Assembly (NCBI GenBank): GCA_963806635.1
Contig: CAWDZA010000015.1
Location: forward strand, 560,538-624,537
Source: an uncultured Chloroflexia bacterium
Lineage (GTDB): Bacteria > Chloroflexota > Anaerolineae > Anaerolineales > Anaerolineaceae
DNA length: 64,000 nt
Reading direction: 5' to 3'
This document shows, one piece after another, positions 18,804 through 29,522 of the stretch. Positions within the stretch are counted from its first letter, which is position 1. Each line of letters starts with the position of its first letter. The notes beneath the pieces are model-generated. The model searched no databases. It saw only the letters and a program-made list of their open reading frames with translations, and was not told the DNA's origin. A program made the translations under genes and the position numbers.

Positions 18804-20452
18804 TGGAAATGATCAATGGTTCTCCTTGGGTAGAACATTATGACCCAGGTGTTTCCTCTCACCTGAATTATCCAAAACTGACACTGGTTGGGATTTTAGG
18901 GATGGCAGCAGAGTCGAAACCAGATCAGGATTGTATTATTTATGGCTCACGGAAGATCTCTTATAAGGATATTCACAATTCCAGTACGTCTCTAGCAGGT
19001 AACCTTATCGCACAGGGCTTATCAAAAGGCGACAGAGTGGGTGTTTTACTAGGGAACACCCCAGCTTTTTTGCAGGCATTTTTTGCAATTCTAAAAGCCG
19101 GTGGAGTGGTCGTGGCGATTAATCCACATCATAAGTTACCGGAGATTGTGTATGTATTAAATGATTCAGATGTTTCTATTTTAATTACAGATCCTTCTCA
19201 CGACGATCTCGCGAAGGAAATTAGGCAAGCAACTGGTAAAAAAGTACTGGTTATCCCTGATCACTTCCCTGGACTCGACTCACCGACAGGGAGCGATTTT
19301 AATAAAGAAATAAATAGTGAAAAGCAAAACTATATTGAAAATAGAGATTTCGATATAAATTATCCGATCATTACCCCAGATGATCCGGCCATCTTCCAAT
19401 ATAGCGGGGGGACGACAGGGACGCCCAAAGCTGCCATCGGGTCGCATTGGAATCTGGTTGCAAATGTTATTCAATTTAGTGAATGGCTAAAGAATCTTCC
19501 GAATCCCAACCCGGTATTTTTCAGCGCCATTCCTTTTTATCATGTTTATGGAATGGTGTTGGCAATGTGCCTGCCGATTTACATGAAGACCACCTTGATC
19601 GCGCAGGATAAATTTCACGAAATGTATTCAACCATCGCTTTGATCAATCAATACCAGCCGGATGTATCTCCTCTTGTTCCGACTATGTTTCGATCATTGA
19701 TCAAAGATCCACATTTTGGGGAGCTTCATTATGGTGCGTTGAAGATTTGTATTTCGGGATCAGCTCCCCTGGAGGATTCGCTGAAAAATGAATTTGAAGC
19801 CAGGACAGGAGCGACAATTCTGGAGGGATATGGCTTATCAGAAGCACCTACTGCAACGCACTGCAATCCTTTGAGCGGACAAAGAAAGACTGGTTCCATT
19901 GGATTACCACTGCCTGATGTGGAGTGCAAAATAGTGGATATGGATAATGGGGATCAAATTCTTCCAATCGGTGAGACCGGCGAATTAATCCTGAATGGTC
20001 CACAGGTGATGCGTGGTTATCACAATCGAAATGAGGAAACTTGTGAAGTCATTCGAAATGGCTGGTTATTCACAGGCGATATCGCCAGAATGGATCCAGA
20101 CGGATATTTCTACATAACTGGTCGAAAGAAGGAATTGATCAAAGTTAACGGTTTGCAGGTATGGCCAGGGGAGGTGGAAAATGTGATCAGGCTTTTCCCC
20201 GGGATAAGCGATGTTGTGGTGGCGGGAATTCCGGACGCAGAAACCGGGGAACGCCCGAAAGCCTGGGTCATTCCAGTCGGGGATGTTGTGTTTGATATAA
20301 ACACATTGAAAAAGTTTTGTAAGGATTACCTGGCTGATTACAAGATTCCGCGAGAGTTTGAAATGGTGCGGGAATTCCCTCGCAGCAATATCGGTAAGGT
20401 ACTCCGTAGAGAACTCGTTCGTCGGAATAATGAGAAAAAACATCCCGGGTGA
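18803..20452 (+). CDS. AMP-dependent synthetase/ligase (long-chain fatty-acid--CoA ligase-like)
   Basis: AMP-binding motifs YSGGTTGTPKA, GYGLSEA, TGD and PRSNIGKVLRREL. GC is clearly lower than in the neighbouring genes. Confidence 0.8.
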   Translation: MEMINGSPWVEHYDPGVSSHLNYPKLTLVGILGMAAESKPDQDCIIYGSRKISYKDIHNSSTSLAGNLIAQGLSKGDRVGVLLGNTPAFLQAFFAILKAGGVVVAINPHHKLPEIVYVLNDSDVSILITDPSHDDLAKEIRQATGKKVLVIPDHFPGLDSPTGSDFNKEINSEKQNYIENRDFDINYPIITPDDPAIFQYSGGTTGTPKAAIGSHWNLVANVIQFSEWLKNLPNPNPVFFSAIPFYHVYGMVLAMCLPIYMKTTLIAQDKFHEMYSTIALINQYQPDVSPLVPTMFRSLIKDPHFGELHYGALKICISGSAPLEDSLKNEFEARTGATILEGYGLSEAPTATHCNPLSGQRKTGSIGLPLPDVECKIVDMDNGDQILPIGETGELILNGPQVMRGYHNRNEETCEVIRNGWLFTGDIARMDPDGYFYITGRKKELIKVNGLQVWPGEVENVIRLFPGISDVVVAGIPDAETGERPKAWVIPVGDVVFDINTLKKFCKDYLADYKIPREFEMVREFPRSNIGKVLRRELVRRNNEKKHPG

Positions 20453-20469
20453 CCCCGGGATGTTTTTTT
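20434..20469. terminator. Bidirectional rho-independent terminator between fadD-like and ftsH
   Basis: A6-CATCCCGGG-tgac-CCCGGGATG-T7. The fadD TGA sits in the loop. Confidence 0.7.
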
Positions 20470-20476
20470 GAGCGAA

Positions 20477-22336
20477 TTATCCTGTCGAAAATGCGGGAGT
20501 ACCGCTGTCTTTCTTGACCGGTGTTGGGAAAATCTTCTGAAAATCATCCTTGGAAAGCGTTTCAACTTCCAGAAGTTTCTGCGCGACCGCATCCAGCTGT
20601 TTTCGATATTTGATGAGGATCTTGCGCGCATCCTTGTAAGCTGTGTTGACAATGGTGCGAACCTCGGAATCGATTTCCTCAGCGACAGCCTCGGAATAAT
20701 CCCGCTGTTCGGATATTTCCCTACCCAGGAAGATCAACTCTTCCTTCTGACCATAGACCATAGGTCCCATGCTGGCACTCATTCCCAGCCGGGTGACCAT
20801 CGTGCGGGCAAGTTTGGTCACCCGTTCGATATCGTTGGATGCGCCAGAAGTGATATCGTCGAAGACAATCTCCTCCGCTGCGCGTCCGCCAAGCAATGCA
20901 ACCAACTCGGCAAGTAGTTTTTTACGCGGCATGAGGATGCGATCCTCTTCCGGAAGGGGCATTGTGTAACCCCCGGCCATTCCGCGTCCAATGATCGTGA
21001 TCTTATGAACGGGGTCGTGTTCTGGTAAAGCATTCATGATCACCGCGTGACCGGCTTCGTGATAAGCGATGATTTTCTTTTCCTCAGGGCTGATCAGCCT
21101 GCTCTTGCGTTCCGGACCGGCGATGACACGTTCAATGGATTCCTCCAGCTCTGCCTGACCGATGATCTTCTTGTCGCGGCGGGCGGAGAGAATGGCGGCT
21201 TCATTGACCAGGTTTTCGATATCTGCGCCAACGAAACCCGGCGTGGCACGAGCGAGTGCGCTCAGATCTACATCTGGAGCTAGCGGTTTGCCCTTAACAT
21301 GCACTTTTAGAATCGCCTCGCGGCCTTTTACATCTGGCCGATCCAGCACCACCCGGCGGTCAAAGCGCCCAGGCCGCAGCAAGGCAGGGTCAAGGATATC
21401 AGGGCGGTTTGTGGCAGCGATGATAATGACATTTGTATCCGTATCGAAGCCGTCCATTTCGACGAGGAGTTGATTTAGGGTTTGTTCTCGCTCGTCATGA
21501 CTGCCACCCAGTCCAGCACCTCGCTGACGGCCGACCGCGTCGATCTCATCCACGAAAACAATAGCAGGAGAATGCCTTTTCGCCTGTTCGAAAAGATCCC
21601 GGACGCGGGAGGCACCCACACCAACAAACATTTCAACAAATTCAGAACCAGAAATCGAGAAGAAAGGAACCCCCGCCTCGCCGGAGACTGCCTTGGCCAT
21701 GAGGGTCTTGCCTGTTCCGGGAGGACCTACCAGAAGAACACCCTTGGGAATACGGGCGCCTATTTGGATGAACTTTTGGGGTTCGCGCAGGAACTCAACG
21801 ATCTCCTCAAGTTCTTCTTTGGATTCTTCAACACCAGCGACATCCTGAAAGGTTACCGTCGGATTTTCGCCGGAAAACATGCGGGCTTTGGATTTGCCAA
21901 AGGACATGGCGGCGTTGTTGCTGCCCTGCGCCTGGCGAAAGATCAGAAAAACCAGAAAACCCAGCGCAAGCATTGGGATGATATAGGGGAGTGAACTCAG
22001 CACCATGGACATGAAGCTGGGTGGGATCACTTCGACAGTAATTTTGGTTGAGATCAACCCTTCAGACGTTACTCCGTAATCGAGCAACTGTTGAACAAGG
22101 GTGGATTCCGTCTCTTTTACCGTGTCTTTTTCAGTTCCGTCGTTATAAACCACATGGATCCGGTTGTTCTCGCTCGATTGGATCTTGGCAACCAGGCCGC
22201 TATTAACATCATTAGCCAACTGATTTATAGTCAGGGATTTCTGATCCGATTTGTTATTAAAGCTGTAGAAGACAAGAATAAAAATAGAAACCAGTAGAAT
22301 TATATAAACTATGTATGATTGATTTCGGGAACCCAC
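20477..22336 (-). CDS. ftsH: ATP-dependent zinc metalloprotease FtsH (GTG start)
   Basis: N-terminal TM helices, AAA domain [31 protein letters not shown] at 22336 has GGAGG 7 nt upstream. Confidence 0.95.
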   Translation of the reverse strand: MGSRNQSYIVYIILLVSIFILVFYSFNNKSDQKSLTINQLANDVNSGLVAKIQSSENNRIHVVYNDGTEKDTVKETESTLVQQLLDYGVTSEGLISTKITVEVIPPSFMSMVLSSLPYIIPMLALGFLVFLIFRQAQGSNNAAMSFGKSKARMFSGENPTVTFQDVAGVEESKEELEEIVEFLREPQKFIQIGARIPKGVLLVGPPGTGKTLMAKAVSGEAGVPFFSISGSEFVEMFVGVGASRVRDLFEQAKRHSPAIVFVDEIDAVGRQRGAGLGGSHDEREQTLNQLLVEMDGFDTDTNVIIIAATNRPDILDPALLRPGRFDRRVVLDRPDVKGREAILKVHVKGKPLAPDVDLSALARATPGFVGADIENLVNEAAILSARRDKKIIGQAELEESIERVIAGPERKSRLISPEEKKIIAYHEAGHAVIMNALPEHDPVHKITIIGRGMAGGYTMPLPEEDRILMPRKKLLAELVALLGGRAAEEIVFDDITSGASNDIERVTKLARTMVTRLGMSASMGPMVYGQKEELIFLGREISEQRDYSEAVAEEIDSEVRTIVNTAYKDARKILIKYRKQLDAVAQKLLEVETLSKDDFQKIFPTPVKKDSGTPAFSTG

Positions 22337-22444
22337 TCGTTCCTCCTCTGCAATTTCAGACCAAATTTATCTTTATTATACCTTCCTGTCGATAAAATCT
22401 CTAATATGTATGAGGTGAAATGGAAATATTAATATTATTCATAT

Positions 22445-22484
22445 AGAAAATCCCCTCGGTAATCAGTGACTGAGGGGATTTTGA
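22445..22484. terminator. Hairpin terminator downstream of the Cys-rich ORF/efp on the minus strand (also T-tailed on the plus strand)
   Basis: AATCCCCTC-14 nt loop-GAGGGGATT is a 9-bp stem with A-run and T-run flanks. Confidence 0.55.
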
Positions 22485-22507
22485 TAAATTGGGCACTCAG
22501 GCTCTGC

Positions 22508-22840
22508 TTATTGATCTTTGATCTCTAAGGTAGGAAACTCGTGACAGGAACCGCATCCGATAGAAGGTTCTTTAACGATCACCTGATTCTTCTGGCAGAA
22601 TGCAGTCACATCAACATGCGGGGAAAGCCCCAGAAAACCGCCTGAAATTTTCCCCTGCTGGATCATGAATTGACAGCCGTTGGCCCGTTGAATGGCGGGG
22701 GAGGGACAGGTTTTACACAATTTTGAGGACCAACCACCCTGGTTTGATGCCAGATTTAATAACCGACACTCTTCAATATTCTTTCCCCGGAAATAATCTC
22801 CGTAAAAATATTTGCACTCGAAACCATAAGGCGTTTTCAT
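22508..22840 (-). CDS. Small Cys-rich protein (9 Cys; putative metal-binding), unknown family
   Basis: ATG start lies 23 nt downstream of the efp stop. CKYFYGDY...LCKTCPSP...NGCQFM...GCGSCHEF. No SD. Confidence 0.45.
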   Translation of the reverse strand: MKTPYGFECKYFYGDYFRGKNIEECRLLNLASNQGGWSSKLCKTCPSPAIQRANGCQFMIQQGKISGGFLGLSPHVDVTAFCQKNQVIVKEPSIGCGSCHEFPTLEIKDQ

Positions 22841-22863
22841 GAAATAGGCGGTTTCTTTGAAGG

Positions 22864-23427
22864 TTAATCCTGAACACGGGTTACATAGTTACCCGTGCGG
22901 GTATCCACGCGTATTTTATCGCCTTCCTTGATGAAGTAGGGCACATCCACCTGGATGCCTGTCTCTATGGTGACCTTCTTGGTGACACCGGTCGCAGTGT
23001 CGCCTTTCACGGCCATTTCGGCGCGAGTGACTTCAAAATCGACGGATGTGGGAAGCTCTATATCGAGCGGTTCATTTTTATAAAAAACGAGCTTGCATTC
23101 CATGCTCTCTTTTAAATAACCTGTAGAATCGCCCAGGTTATCTTTTTCGACGGCAATCTGATCAAAGGTCTCGGTGTCCATGAAATGATAAATATCACCA
23201 TCGTTGTAGAGATATTGGACGTTGTGGGCATCCAGGCGCACATCCTGGACACGGTCTCCGGAGGAGAAAGTCTTTTCAATAGTGGAGCCAGTTTTCAGAT
23301 TGCGGGCTTTGATGCGGATGGTGGCATTACCACGGCCGGGTTTACTAAAACTGTATTCCAGAACGCGAAACAAATTGTTGTCAAACTCAAAGATCACACC
23401 CTTGCGAAGATCATTTACATCAATCAT
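22864..23427 (-). CDS. efp: Elongation factor P
   Basis: MIDVNDLRKGVIFEFDNNLFRVLEYSFSKPGRGNATIRIKARNLKTGS. The start was corrected to the ATG at 23427, which has AAAGGA upstream. The track start is extended by 21 aa. Confidence 0.9.
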   Translation of the reverse strand: MIDVNDLRKGVIFEFDNNLFRVLEYSFSKPGRGNATIRIKARNLKTGSTIEKTFSSGDRVQDVRLDAHNVQYLYNDGDIYHFMDTETFDQIAVEKDNLGDSTGYLKESMECKLVFYKNEPLDIELPTSVDFEVTRAEMAVKGDTATGVTKKVTIETGIQVDVPYFIKEGDKIRVDTRTGNYVTRVQD

Positions 23428-23542
23428 GACGATCCTTTCAAATCTTAAAGTTAACGAAAGGATTATATCCTTTGCCTCGCAAGTCGGCAAGGAAATGAAA
23501 ATGGCCTGGCGCTTCAGGCCAGGCCAAAGTAACGAAAATGGT

Positions 23543-24106
23543 TTAACCTAAGTTTGGTTCGATCAGACCGTAATCACCATCGCGGCGGCGGTAAAGGACA
23601 TTTATAGAACTGGTATTGGCGTTGTAGAAAATGAAGAAATTCTCATGCTCAAGGAGGCGCATCTGTTCGATGGCTTCCAGCTCATCCATCGGTACCAGGG
23701 TGAAAGATTTTCTTCTGGCGATTACCGGTCGGTTTTCTGATTCGATGTGAAGTGATGCTTCTTCTGCAGCTATAGCTTCAGCGACACTCTCTTTGTGGCT
23801 GCGTTGTTTTCGGCTTTTATATCTTTCGATTTGATGATGCATTTTTTCCAGCGCAGAATCGATGGAGGTCATGATCTCATTGGAGCGTTCCTCTGTCCGA
23901 AGGATGCATGATTTCGCGTGGATTGTGATTTGAGCCACGTAGCGATCCTCAATATTTCTGGCAGTCTTTGAAAAGGATAGATCGACATCAACCTCCTGAA
24001 TATTGGGGAGCAGGCGCTCGATTTTTATCATCTTTTTTTCTACATACTCCTTGAGCTTGTCGGTAGACTCAAGGTTCTTAAAGGAAACTTTCGTTGCGAT
24101 AGTCAT
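23543..24106 (-). CDS. hpf: Ribosome hibernation-promoting factor (long HPF)
   Basis: Size 187 aa. KNLESTDKLKEYVEKKMIKIERLL. GGAGG RBS. Confidence 0.85.
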   Translation of the reverse strand: MTIATKVSFKNLESTDKLKEYVEKKMIKIERLLPNIQEVDVDLSFSKTARNIEDRYVAQITIHAKSCILRTEERSNEIMTSIDSALEKMHHQIERYKSRKQRSHKESVAEAIAAEEASLHIESENRPVIARRKSFTLVPMDELEAIEQMRLLEHENFFIFYNANTSSINVLYRRRDGDYGLIEPNLG

Positions 24107-24134
24107 TTGTTGCCTCCTGTTTTAAGAATTCCGC

Positions 24135-24893
24135 TTAAATATCAGCGGGAATATGAATCAGATCTTTGAATATGGGTCTGGAGAGAGTGATGCCGCACAC
24201 CTTCAAAGAGCCTGCCACTTTAAGGGCTGAAGCACAGGCTGAAATCGAAGAGCCTGTGGTGGCGACATCATCGACAACGAGAATTGATTTACCATAGACC
24301 AATGCGGGGTCCGCCTGAAAAGCACCGTTAACGTTGGTCGCTCTTTCAGCAGCGGATAGACCTACCTGGCTGCGTGTTTCTCGAATCCGTTTGACCGCCT
24401 TACTGGAGTAGGGAATATTATTCGCAAGCGCCAGTGGAAACGCAAACAAATCCGTTTGGTTGTAACCTCTCTGGCGGGAATGCTGGTGATTGATCGGTAC
24501 GGGGACGATCAGGTCGACCTGCCAGGGCAACTGCGAAAAAAGCACTTGTAAATATTCTGACAAAGCAAGACCCAGACCGTAATCAGGATATTCTTTCATC
24601 CTTATAATAGCACTTCGCAGCGGTTCTGTATATTCCGAATATGAACGGAGGAAATCGTAAGGAGGATTTTCGTTTATGCATCGGTCACATGAAGATTGAT
24701 ATTTGACAGGGAGGCCACATCTTTTACATACGGGTGATGGCATCGGCGATATTTTTGATTTGCATTCCGGGCACCAGCAAAAACCATTTTTCCCGCAACC
24801 AGCGCATGAGGGGGGAAAAACCCAATCTGCTGCACTCCAAACACTCTTATAAGCAGAAAAGGCTGCGCTCCGTGAGAAGTCAGCCGATAACAT
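24135..24893 (-). CDS. comF: ComF-family protein (N-terminal zinc ribbon plus phosphoribosyltransferase-type domain)
   Basis: PPSCAGCG...CPEC...CKRCG. C-terminal PRT-type motif ILVVDDVATTGSS. Confidence 0.8.
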   Translation of the reverse strand: MLSADFSRSAAFSAYKSVWSAADWVFPPSCAGCGKNGFCWCPECKSKISPMPSPVCKRCGLPVKYQSSCDRCINENPPYDFLRSYSEYTEPLRSAIIRMKEYPDYGLGLALSEYLQVLFSQLPWQVDLIVPVPINHQHSRQRGYNQTDLFAFPLALANNIPYSSKAVKRIRETRSQVGLSAAERATNVNGAFQADPALVYGKSILVVDDVATTGSSISACASALKVAGSLKVCGITLSRPIFKDLIHIPADI

Positions 24894-24908
24894 CGTTTGC
24901 CCCTGGAG

Positions 24909-25859
24909 TTATTGAAATAAATTGCCGAGAGAAGAATGCATCAATTTTAAAGCAGCCGGTGTGAGAAGCACAATCATCAGACTGGGAAAAATCAGGAGAC
25001 CCATCGGGATGAGCATTTTAATGGGCGCTTTATGGGCTTCCTCTTCAGCATGCTGGCGACGTTTGATACGCATTTGATCAGACTGGATACGCAATACCTT
25101 GGCCATGCTGACACCCAGCAACTCGGATTGGATAACCGCGGCGACGAAGCTGGTCAATTCGGGTAAACCAATCCGATCCGCCATGTCACGCAATGCTTCA
25201 CGACGGAGTTTCCCCAACTGAATTTCCTGGATCACCCGGGCAAAAGCGAGCGAAAGTTCAGAATTCCACTTCTCGCTAACTTTGGACATGGCAGCATCAA
25301 AACCGAGACCTGCCTCTACGCATATGGTCAGGAGATCCAAGGCATCTGGCAACGCGCGGCGGATATTTTTCTGGCGGCGTGTTATGGCACTGCCCAAGAA
25401 AATCTGTGGAATGAAAAAACCAATGACAAAGGACGCAACGATCACCAGAAGCTTGCGTCCCATCGGCCATTCACTGCCGATTCTGGAAAAAAGGACTAAA
25501 ACCAGGACACCAAAGACGATTGCGCTCAAACCCTGGGCAGCTAAAAACATGGTGGGATCAAGTTGGGAAGGTGCACCTGCAAGCTCCAATTTCCGGGAGG
25601 TGGATTGCAGGGCGTTTTGAGGGGTGAAGCGGATCGCCAGGGTTCCAAAGGTGCGGGCGAGAGGATAGATGATGCGTTCCATGAAAGGCTGAGAAAGCTC
25701 GATCTTTTCCAGATTAACCTTTTCACCACGCTGGTTGAATTCCTCGAGACGGGCGTTGATCTCGCGCTGATCAGCGATTTGCGGGTTGCGAAGCCCAATG
25801 ATCACAAGTCCCACGACACCCAGTAAAATGAACATCGCAATCGCAATAATAAGTAACAT
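24909..25859 (-). CDS. tadC: Tad pilus inner-membrane platform protein (T2SS-F-like)
   Basis: Polytopic, GspF-like. Last gene of the cpa/tad run. Confidence 0.75.
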   Translation of the reverse strand: MLLIIAIAMFILLGVVGLVIIGLRNPQIADQREINARLEEFNQRGEKVNLEKIELSQPFMERIIYPLARTFGTLAIRFTPQNALQSTSRKLELAGAPSQLDPTMFLAAQGLSAIVFGVLVLVLFSRIGSEWPMGRKLLVIVASFVIGFFIPQIFLGSAITRRQKNIRRALPDALDLLTICVEAGLGFDAAMSKVSEKWNSELSLAFARVIQEIQLGKLRREALRDMADRIGLPELTSFVAAVIQSELLGVSMAKVLRIQSDQMRIKRRQHAEEEAHKAPIKMLIPMGLLIFPSLMIVLLTPAALKLMHSSLGNLFQ

Positions 25860-25877
25860 TTTCGCCTCCTCTGGCGA

Positions 25878-26843
25878 TCAGATCTCGATATCCGAGAGCT
25901 TGTTCATCGCAAAATACCCCGAAGTGATCAGCAGGACAACAACTGCCAGCGAGATATATCCACAAGGTTGGGAACTTGGAAGGATGAACTCTTGCATGTA
26001 GGATGGGTTCAGAAGATACAGGATCCCAACAACAATGATGGGCATGAGGGCCAGAAAACGACCTGAATATTTCTGCTGGGCAGTCAGTGTGCGAATCTCA
26101 CCTTTGATACGGACACGTTCGCGGATCGTATATGAAATGGTATCCAGAATTTCTGCCAGATTACCGCCGACCTCACGCTGAACTTTCATTGCGGTGATTA
26201 CCAGGTCAAGATCATCACTGGGGATGCGGCGAACCAAATTTTCCAGCGCCAGGCCCACATCAATACCCAAAGCTTGTTCCTGAACCACTCGTCGAAATTC
26301 CTCGCTGATGGGTGGGGGGAGTTCCTTGCTGATGGCTTCCATGGATTGCAGCGTGGAATAACCTGCACGGAGACCATTCACCATCAAGTTCAGCATATCG
26401 GGAAGCTGTTCGTTGAAGCGAATCAGACGCTTGCCTTGCTGATTCTGAACATACACAAGCGGAATAATGGCACCTACTACCGCTCCGACGGCAGCGAATA
26501 AAATATTACTTTTTGTAAGATAAAAGAGTAGTCCACCCAGGAATATGGATGCGATCACCATGATCGCCATAAACTCGCCACCCTTAAGTTTGAGATCAGC
26601 GCGGGCGAGCATTTTTGCGATGCGTTCACCGAAAGTTGACCGTTCGACCCGCCGGTTTAACCATTCTGTAAGTGGGCTGGTCTTCTTGCCGCCAGATTTA
26701 ACTTTGGGTTCATCCACTTTCCCTAGGCTGCCGAGACGCTCATCCACGAGGGATCGTTCAGACCGAATGGAAACTACGACGCCAATGATCAGCAAAATGA
26801 ATGCAGCGGTGCCACCGAGAACAAGAATATATATTGGATTCAT
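25878..26843 (-). CDS. tadB: Tad pilus inner-membrane platform protein (T2SS-F-like)
   Basis: GspF-like domain with TM helices. Confidence 0.75.
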   Translation of the reverse strand: MNPIYILVLGGTAAFILLIIGVVVSIRSERSLVDERLGSLGKVDEPKVKSGGKKTSPLTEWLNRRVERSTFGERIAKMLARADLKLKGGEFMAIMVIASIFLGGLLFYLTKSNILFAAVGAVVGAIIPLVYVQNQQGKRLIRFNEQLPDMLNLMVNGLRAGYSTLQSMEAISKELPPPISEEFRRVVQEQALGIDVGLALENLVRRIPSDDLDLVITAMKVQREVGGNLAEILDTISYTIRERVRIKGEIRTLTAQQKYSGRFLALMPIIVVGILYLLNPSYMQEFILPSSQPCGYISLAVVVLLITSGYFAMNKLSDIEI

Positions 26844-26853
26844 GGAAACACCT

Positions 26854-28260
26854 TTAGTACCGGCGTTGTTCCCCGGGTGAATAGATATTGGGTGGCAAAC
26901 GGATACCCGCGAATTGGATCTTTTCCTCGAATTTCGGACGGATTCCAGTAGGGTGCAGGCGGCCGATCACCTTGTTATTTTCATAACCAACCTGTTCAAA
27001 AATAAAGATATCCTCCATGGTGATAACATCGCCTTCCATACCAACAACACCGGTGATATTGACCACCTTACGGGTGCCATCGCGCATACGCTCCTGGTGG
27101 ATGATCAACTCGATGGCGGAAGCAATTTGCTCGCGAATCGCGCGCATGGGCAAATCCATACCGGCCATCAGTGCCATGGTTTCGATACGGGAGAGGGTAT
27201 CCCGCGGGCTGTTGGAGTGGCAGGTGGTCATGGAGCCATCATGACCGGTATTCATGGCCTGAAGCATGTCAATGGCTGCTGAATCGCGGATCTCACCAAC
27301 TATGATGCGGTCCGGCCTCATTCGGAGGGCGTTAACCACCAACTCGCGGATGGTGATCTCACCGCGACCTTCGATGTTGGCAGGGCGAGATTCCAACGTC
27401 ACAACGTGTTCCTGGCGGAGCTGAAGTTCGGCAGCATTTTCGATCGTAATGATGCGTTCCTCGGCTGGGATATAGGTGGAAAGAACATTCAGAAGTGTGG
27501 TTTTTCCAGAACCAGTACCGCCGGAGATGACAATATTGACCCGCGCTTTCACGCAGGCGGCCAGGAATTGAACCGACTCTGGCGTCAGTGAACCGTACTG
27601 TACCATTTGTTCAACGGTGATCGGGTTTTTTGAAAACTTACGGATGGTCAGTACCGGGCCGACCAATGAAATGGGCGGAATGACCGCATTTACGCGGGAG
27701 CCATCCGGCAGACGCGCATCCACGTATGGGCTGGATTCGTCGATGCGACGACCGAGAGGGGAAACGATCCTCTCAATGATGCGCATCACATGCTCATTGC
27801 TTTCAAAGGAGTTCTGCACCCGATAGATACGCCCCGCACGCTCCACATAAATGTGGGTGGCGCCGTTGACCATGATTTCTGTTACGGAGTCTTCCTCCAG
27901 AAGCTGTTGAAGTGGACCAAATCCGAGGATCTCAGCGGTTATTTGATCGAACAGTCGGGAGCGTTCCGGGCGGGAAAGGACAATGCCTTCCTCAGTTAAA
28001 ATCTGCTCAAAAAGTTGCTGGATCACCTGACGTACCTGGGCAGTCTTACTTACATCCATGTTCGGATCCAACTCAGCAAGCAGCTTGGTTTGTACGCGAT
28101 TTTTCAGATCCTGATAGGTATCCTGATTGGCGCCCATAATGGGACCAGTGCGTGGTTTCAACGGTTGAGCAGCAGTGTTGGCCGAGCTGTTGGAGAGGGG
28201 GCTGGTTCCAAAACCGGTGGAGGAGCTTTCACCGGGTTGAATCCTTTTTAAAATTGACAT
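26854..28260 (-). CDS. cpaF: Tad pilus assembly ATPase CpaF/TadA (T2SS-E family)
   Basis: [21 protein letters not shown], Asp box, His box. Confidence 0.9.
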   Translation of the reverse strand: MSILKRIQPGESSSTGFGTSPLSNSSANTAAQPLKPRTGPIMGANQDTYQDLKNRVQTKLLAELDPNMDVSKTAQVRQVIQQLFEQILTEEGIVLSRPERSRLFDQITAEILGFGPLQQLLEEDSVTEIMVNGATHIYVERAGRIYRVQNSFESNEHVMRIIERIVSPLGRRIDESSPYVDARLPDGSRVNAVIPPISLVGPVLTIRKFSKNPITVEQMVQYGSLTPESVQFLAACVKARVNIVISGGTGSGKTTLLNVLSTYIPAEERIITIENAAELQLRQEHVVTLESRPANIEGRGEITIRELVVNALRMRPDRIIVGEIRDSAAIDMLQAMNTGHDGSMTTCHSNSPRDTLSRIETMALMAGMDLPMRAIREQIASAIELIIHQERMRDGTRKVVNITGVVGMEGDVITMEDIFIFEQVGYENNKVIGRLHPTGIRPKFEEKIQFAGIRLPPNIYSPGEQRRY

Positions 28261-28281
28261 TCAGATAACTCCATAAAACAG

Positions 28282-29511
28282 TTACTTCTTGACCGGTGCT
28301 TCTGGTTCGATCTTGGCCATTTTCTCAGTAACGATCGCGGCCAGCTCGTAAAGTTTGCGACCTACCGGAGAGGTTTTGAATTCAAGAACAAAAGGAACCC
28401 CGCGGTTCACCGAGTTCTGAACAATCTTGTCATCCTCTGGTATGGTGATGGATACTTCCTGGTGGAGACTTTCTTTGATCTTGTCGGCGGTGATCCCGAT
28501 CTGGGGATTAAAGCGATTCAAGACAAAGATGATATGGTCACGGGGTATCCGTACCTGATCTGCCAGGTTGAGGAATAAATTGCAATTCTTGATGGAGGGA
28601 ATTTCCTGAGATGTGACCAATACCATGGCGTCCATAACATCCATGGCGCTTAAAACATATTCTGTCAAAGCTGACGCAGAATCGACGATAACGTAAGGAT
28701 AGATCTTCTTGAGATAGGATAAAAGTTTTCCGAATTCATCGCCCTTTACTGCATCTGCATGTTCTGGCCGAGGCGGGGCGGGGAGGAGGTGCATTCCCGA
28801 GGCGGCGTGCGTTACAACTACATCTTTAACCACATCTGAATCCAGATCATCCACCCTGCTGGTTAGATCGGTGATGTTGGTTTTGCTTTGTTCGTTTAAG
28901 AAAATGGCTACATCTCCAAATTGAAGGTTTCCATCCACAAGGATGGATTTTCTTTCTGGAGTGTTGAGGGCTAATGCCAGATTTGTGGCAACGGTTGTGG
29001 TGCCGACACCGCCTTTAGGGCTGAATACCACAATGATTCTGCCTGGCTCCCCATAACCACCAGACATGGTCCCACCAGATGGTGCTCCCCCAGCGGGATA
29101 AGCGACGGACATCTTGCTTTTTTCTTCACGTGCTTTTTCCCCGGCACTTCGGACTGCGTTAGTAAGGTCATCCAGTACAAGCGGTTTGGGGAGAAAATCG
29201 TAGGCGCCGGCTTTCATGGCTTTTCGCATGTATTCCGTATCATTTTGCACGGAAAGCATGACCACCTGGATTGCCGGCATTTTTCGATGGAGAACCTCAG
29301 TGGCGTTCAATCCATCCATATCCGGCATATTGATATCCATGATAACTACATCAGGATTCAATTTTTGAGATAACTCGACCGCTTCCTTGCCTGTTCGGCC
29401 GCTTTCCACCACTTCGATCCCCTGGTCGAAGGAAAGCATGCGTTTCAGGTTATCCCTGGTTTCGGCGATATCGTCAACGATGAGTACCCGAATCTTCTCT
29501 GGACCAGCCAT
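28282..29511 (-). CDS. cpaE: Response-regulator receiver domain fused to CpaE/TadZ-like MinD/ParA-family ATPase
   Basis: REC: IRVLIVDD...VIMDINMPDMDG...FLPKP. P-loop IIVVFSPKGGVGTTTVATNLA. Confidence 0.8.
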   Translation of the reverse strand: MAGPEKIRVLIVDDIAETRDNLKRMLSFDQGIEVVESGRTGKEAVELSQKLNPDVVIMDINMPDMDGLNATEVLHRKMPAIQVVMLSVQNDTEYMRKAMKAGAYDFLPKPLVLDDLTNAVRSAGEKAREEKSKMSVAYPAGGAPSGGTMSGGYGEPGRIIVVFSPKGGVGTTTVATNLALALNTPERKSILVDGNLQFGDVAIFLNEQSKTNITDLTSRVDDLDSDVVKDVVVTHAASGMHLLPAPPRPEHADAVKGDEFGKLLSYLKKIYPYVIVDSASALTEYVLSAMDVMDAMVLVTSQEIPSIKNCNLFLNLADQVRIPRDHIIFVLNRFNPQIGITADKIKESLHQEVSITIPEDDKIVQNSVNRGVPFVLEFKTSPVGRKLYELAAIVTEKMAKIEPEAPVKK

Positions 29512-29522
29512 AAAAACTCCGA

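Noticed and set aside
23428-23490. 21-aa N-terminal extension of efp
   Set aside because: EF-P family proteins start at MIDVNDL-like sequences. An AAAGGA RBS precedes the internal ATG.
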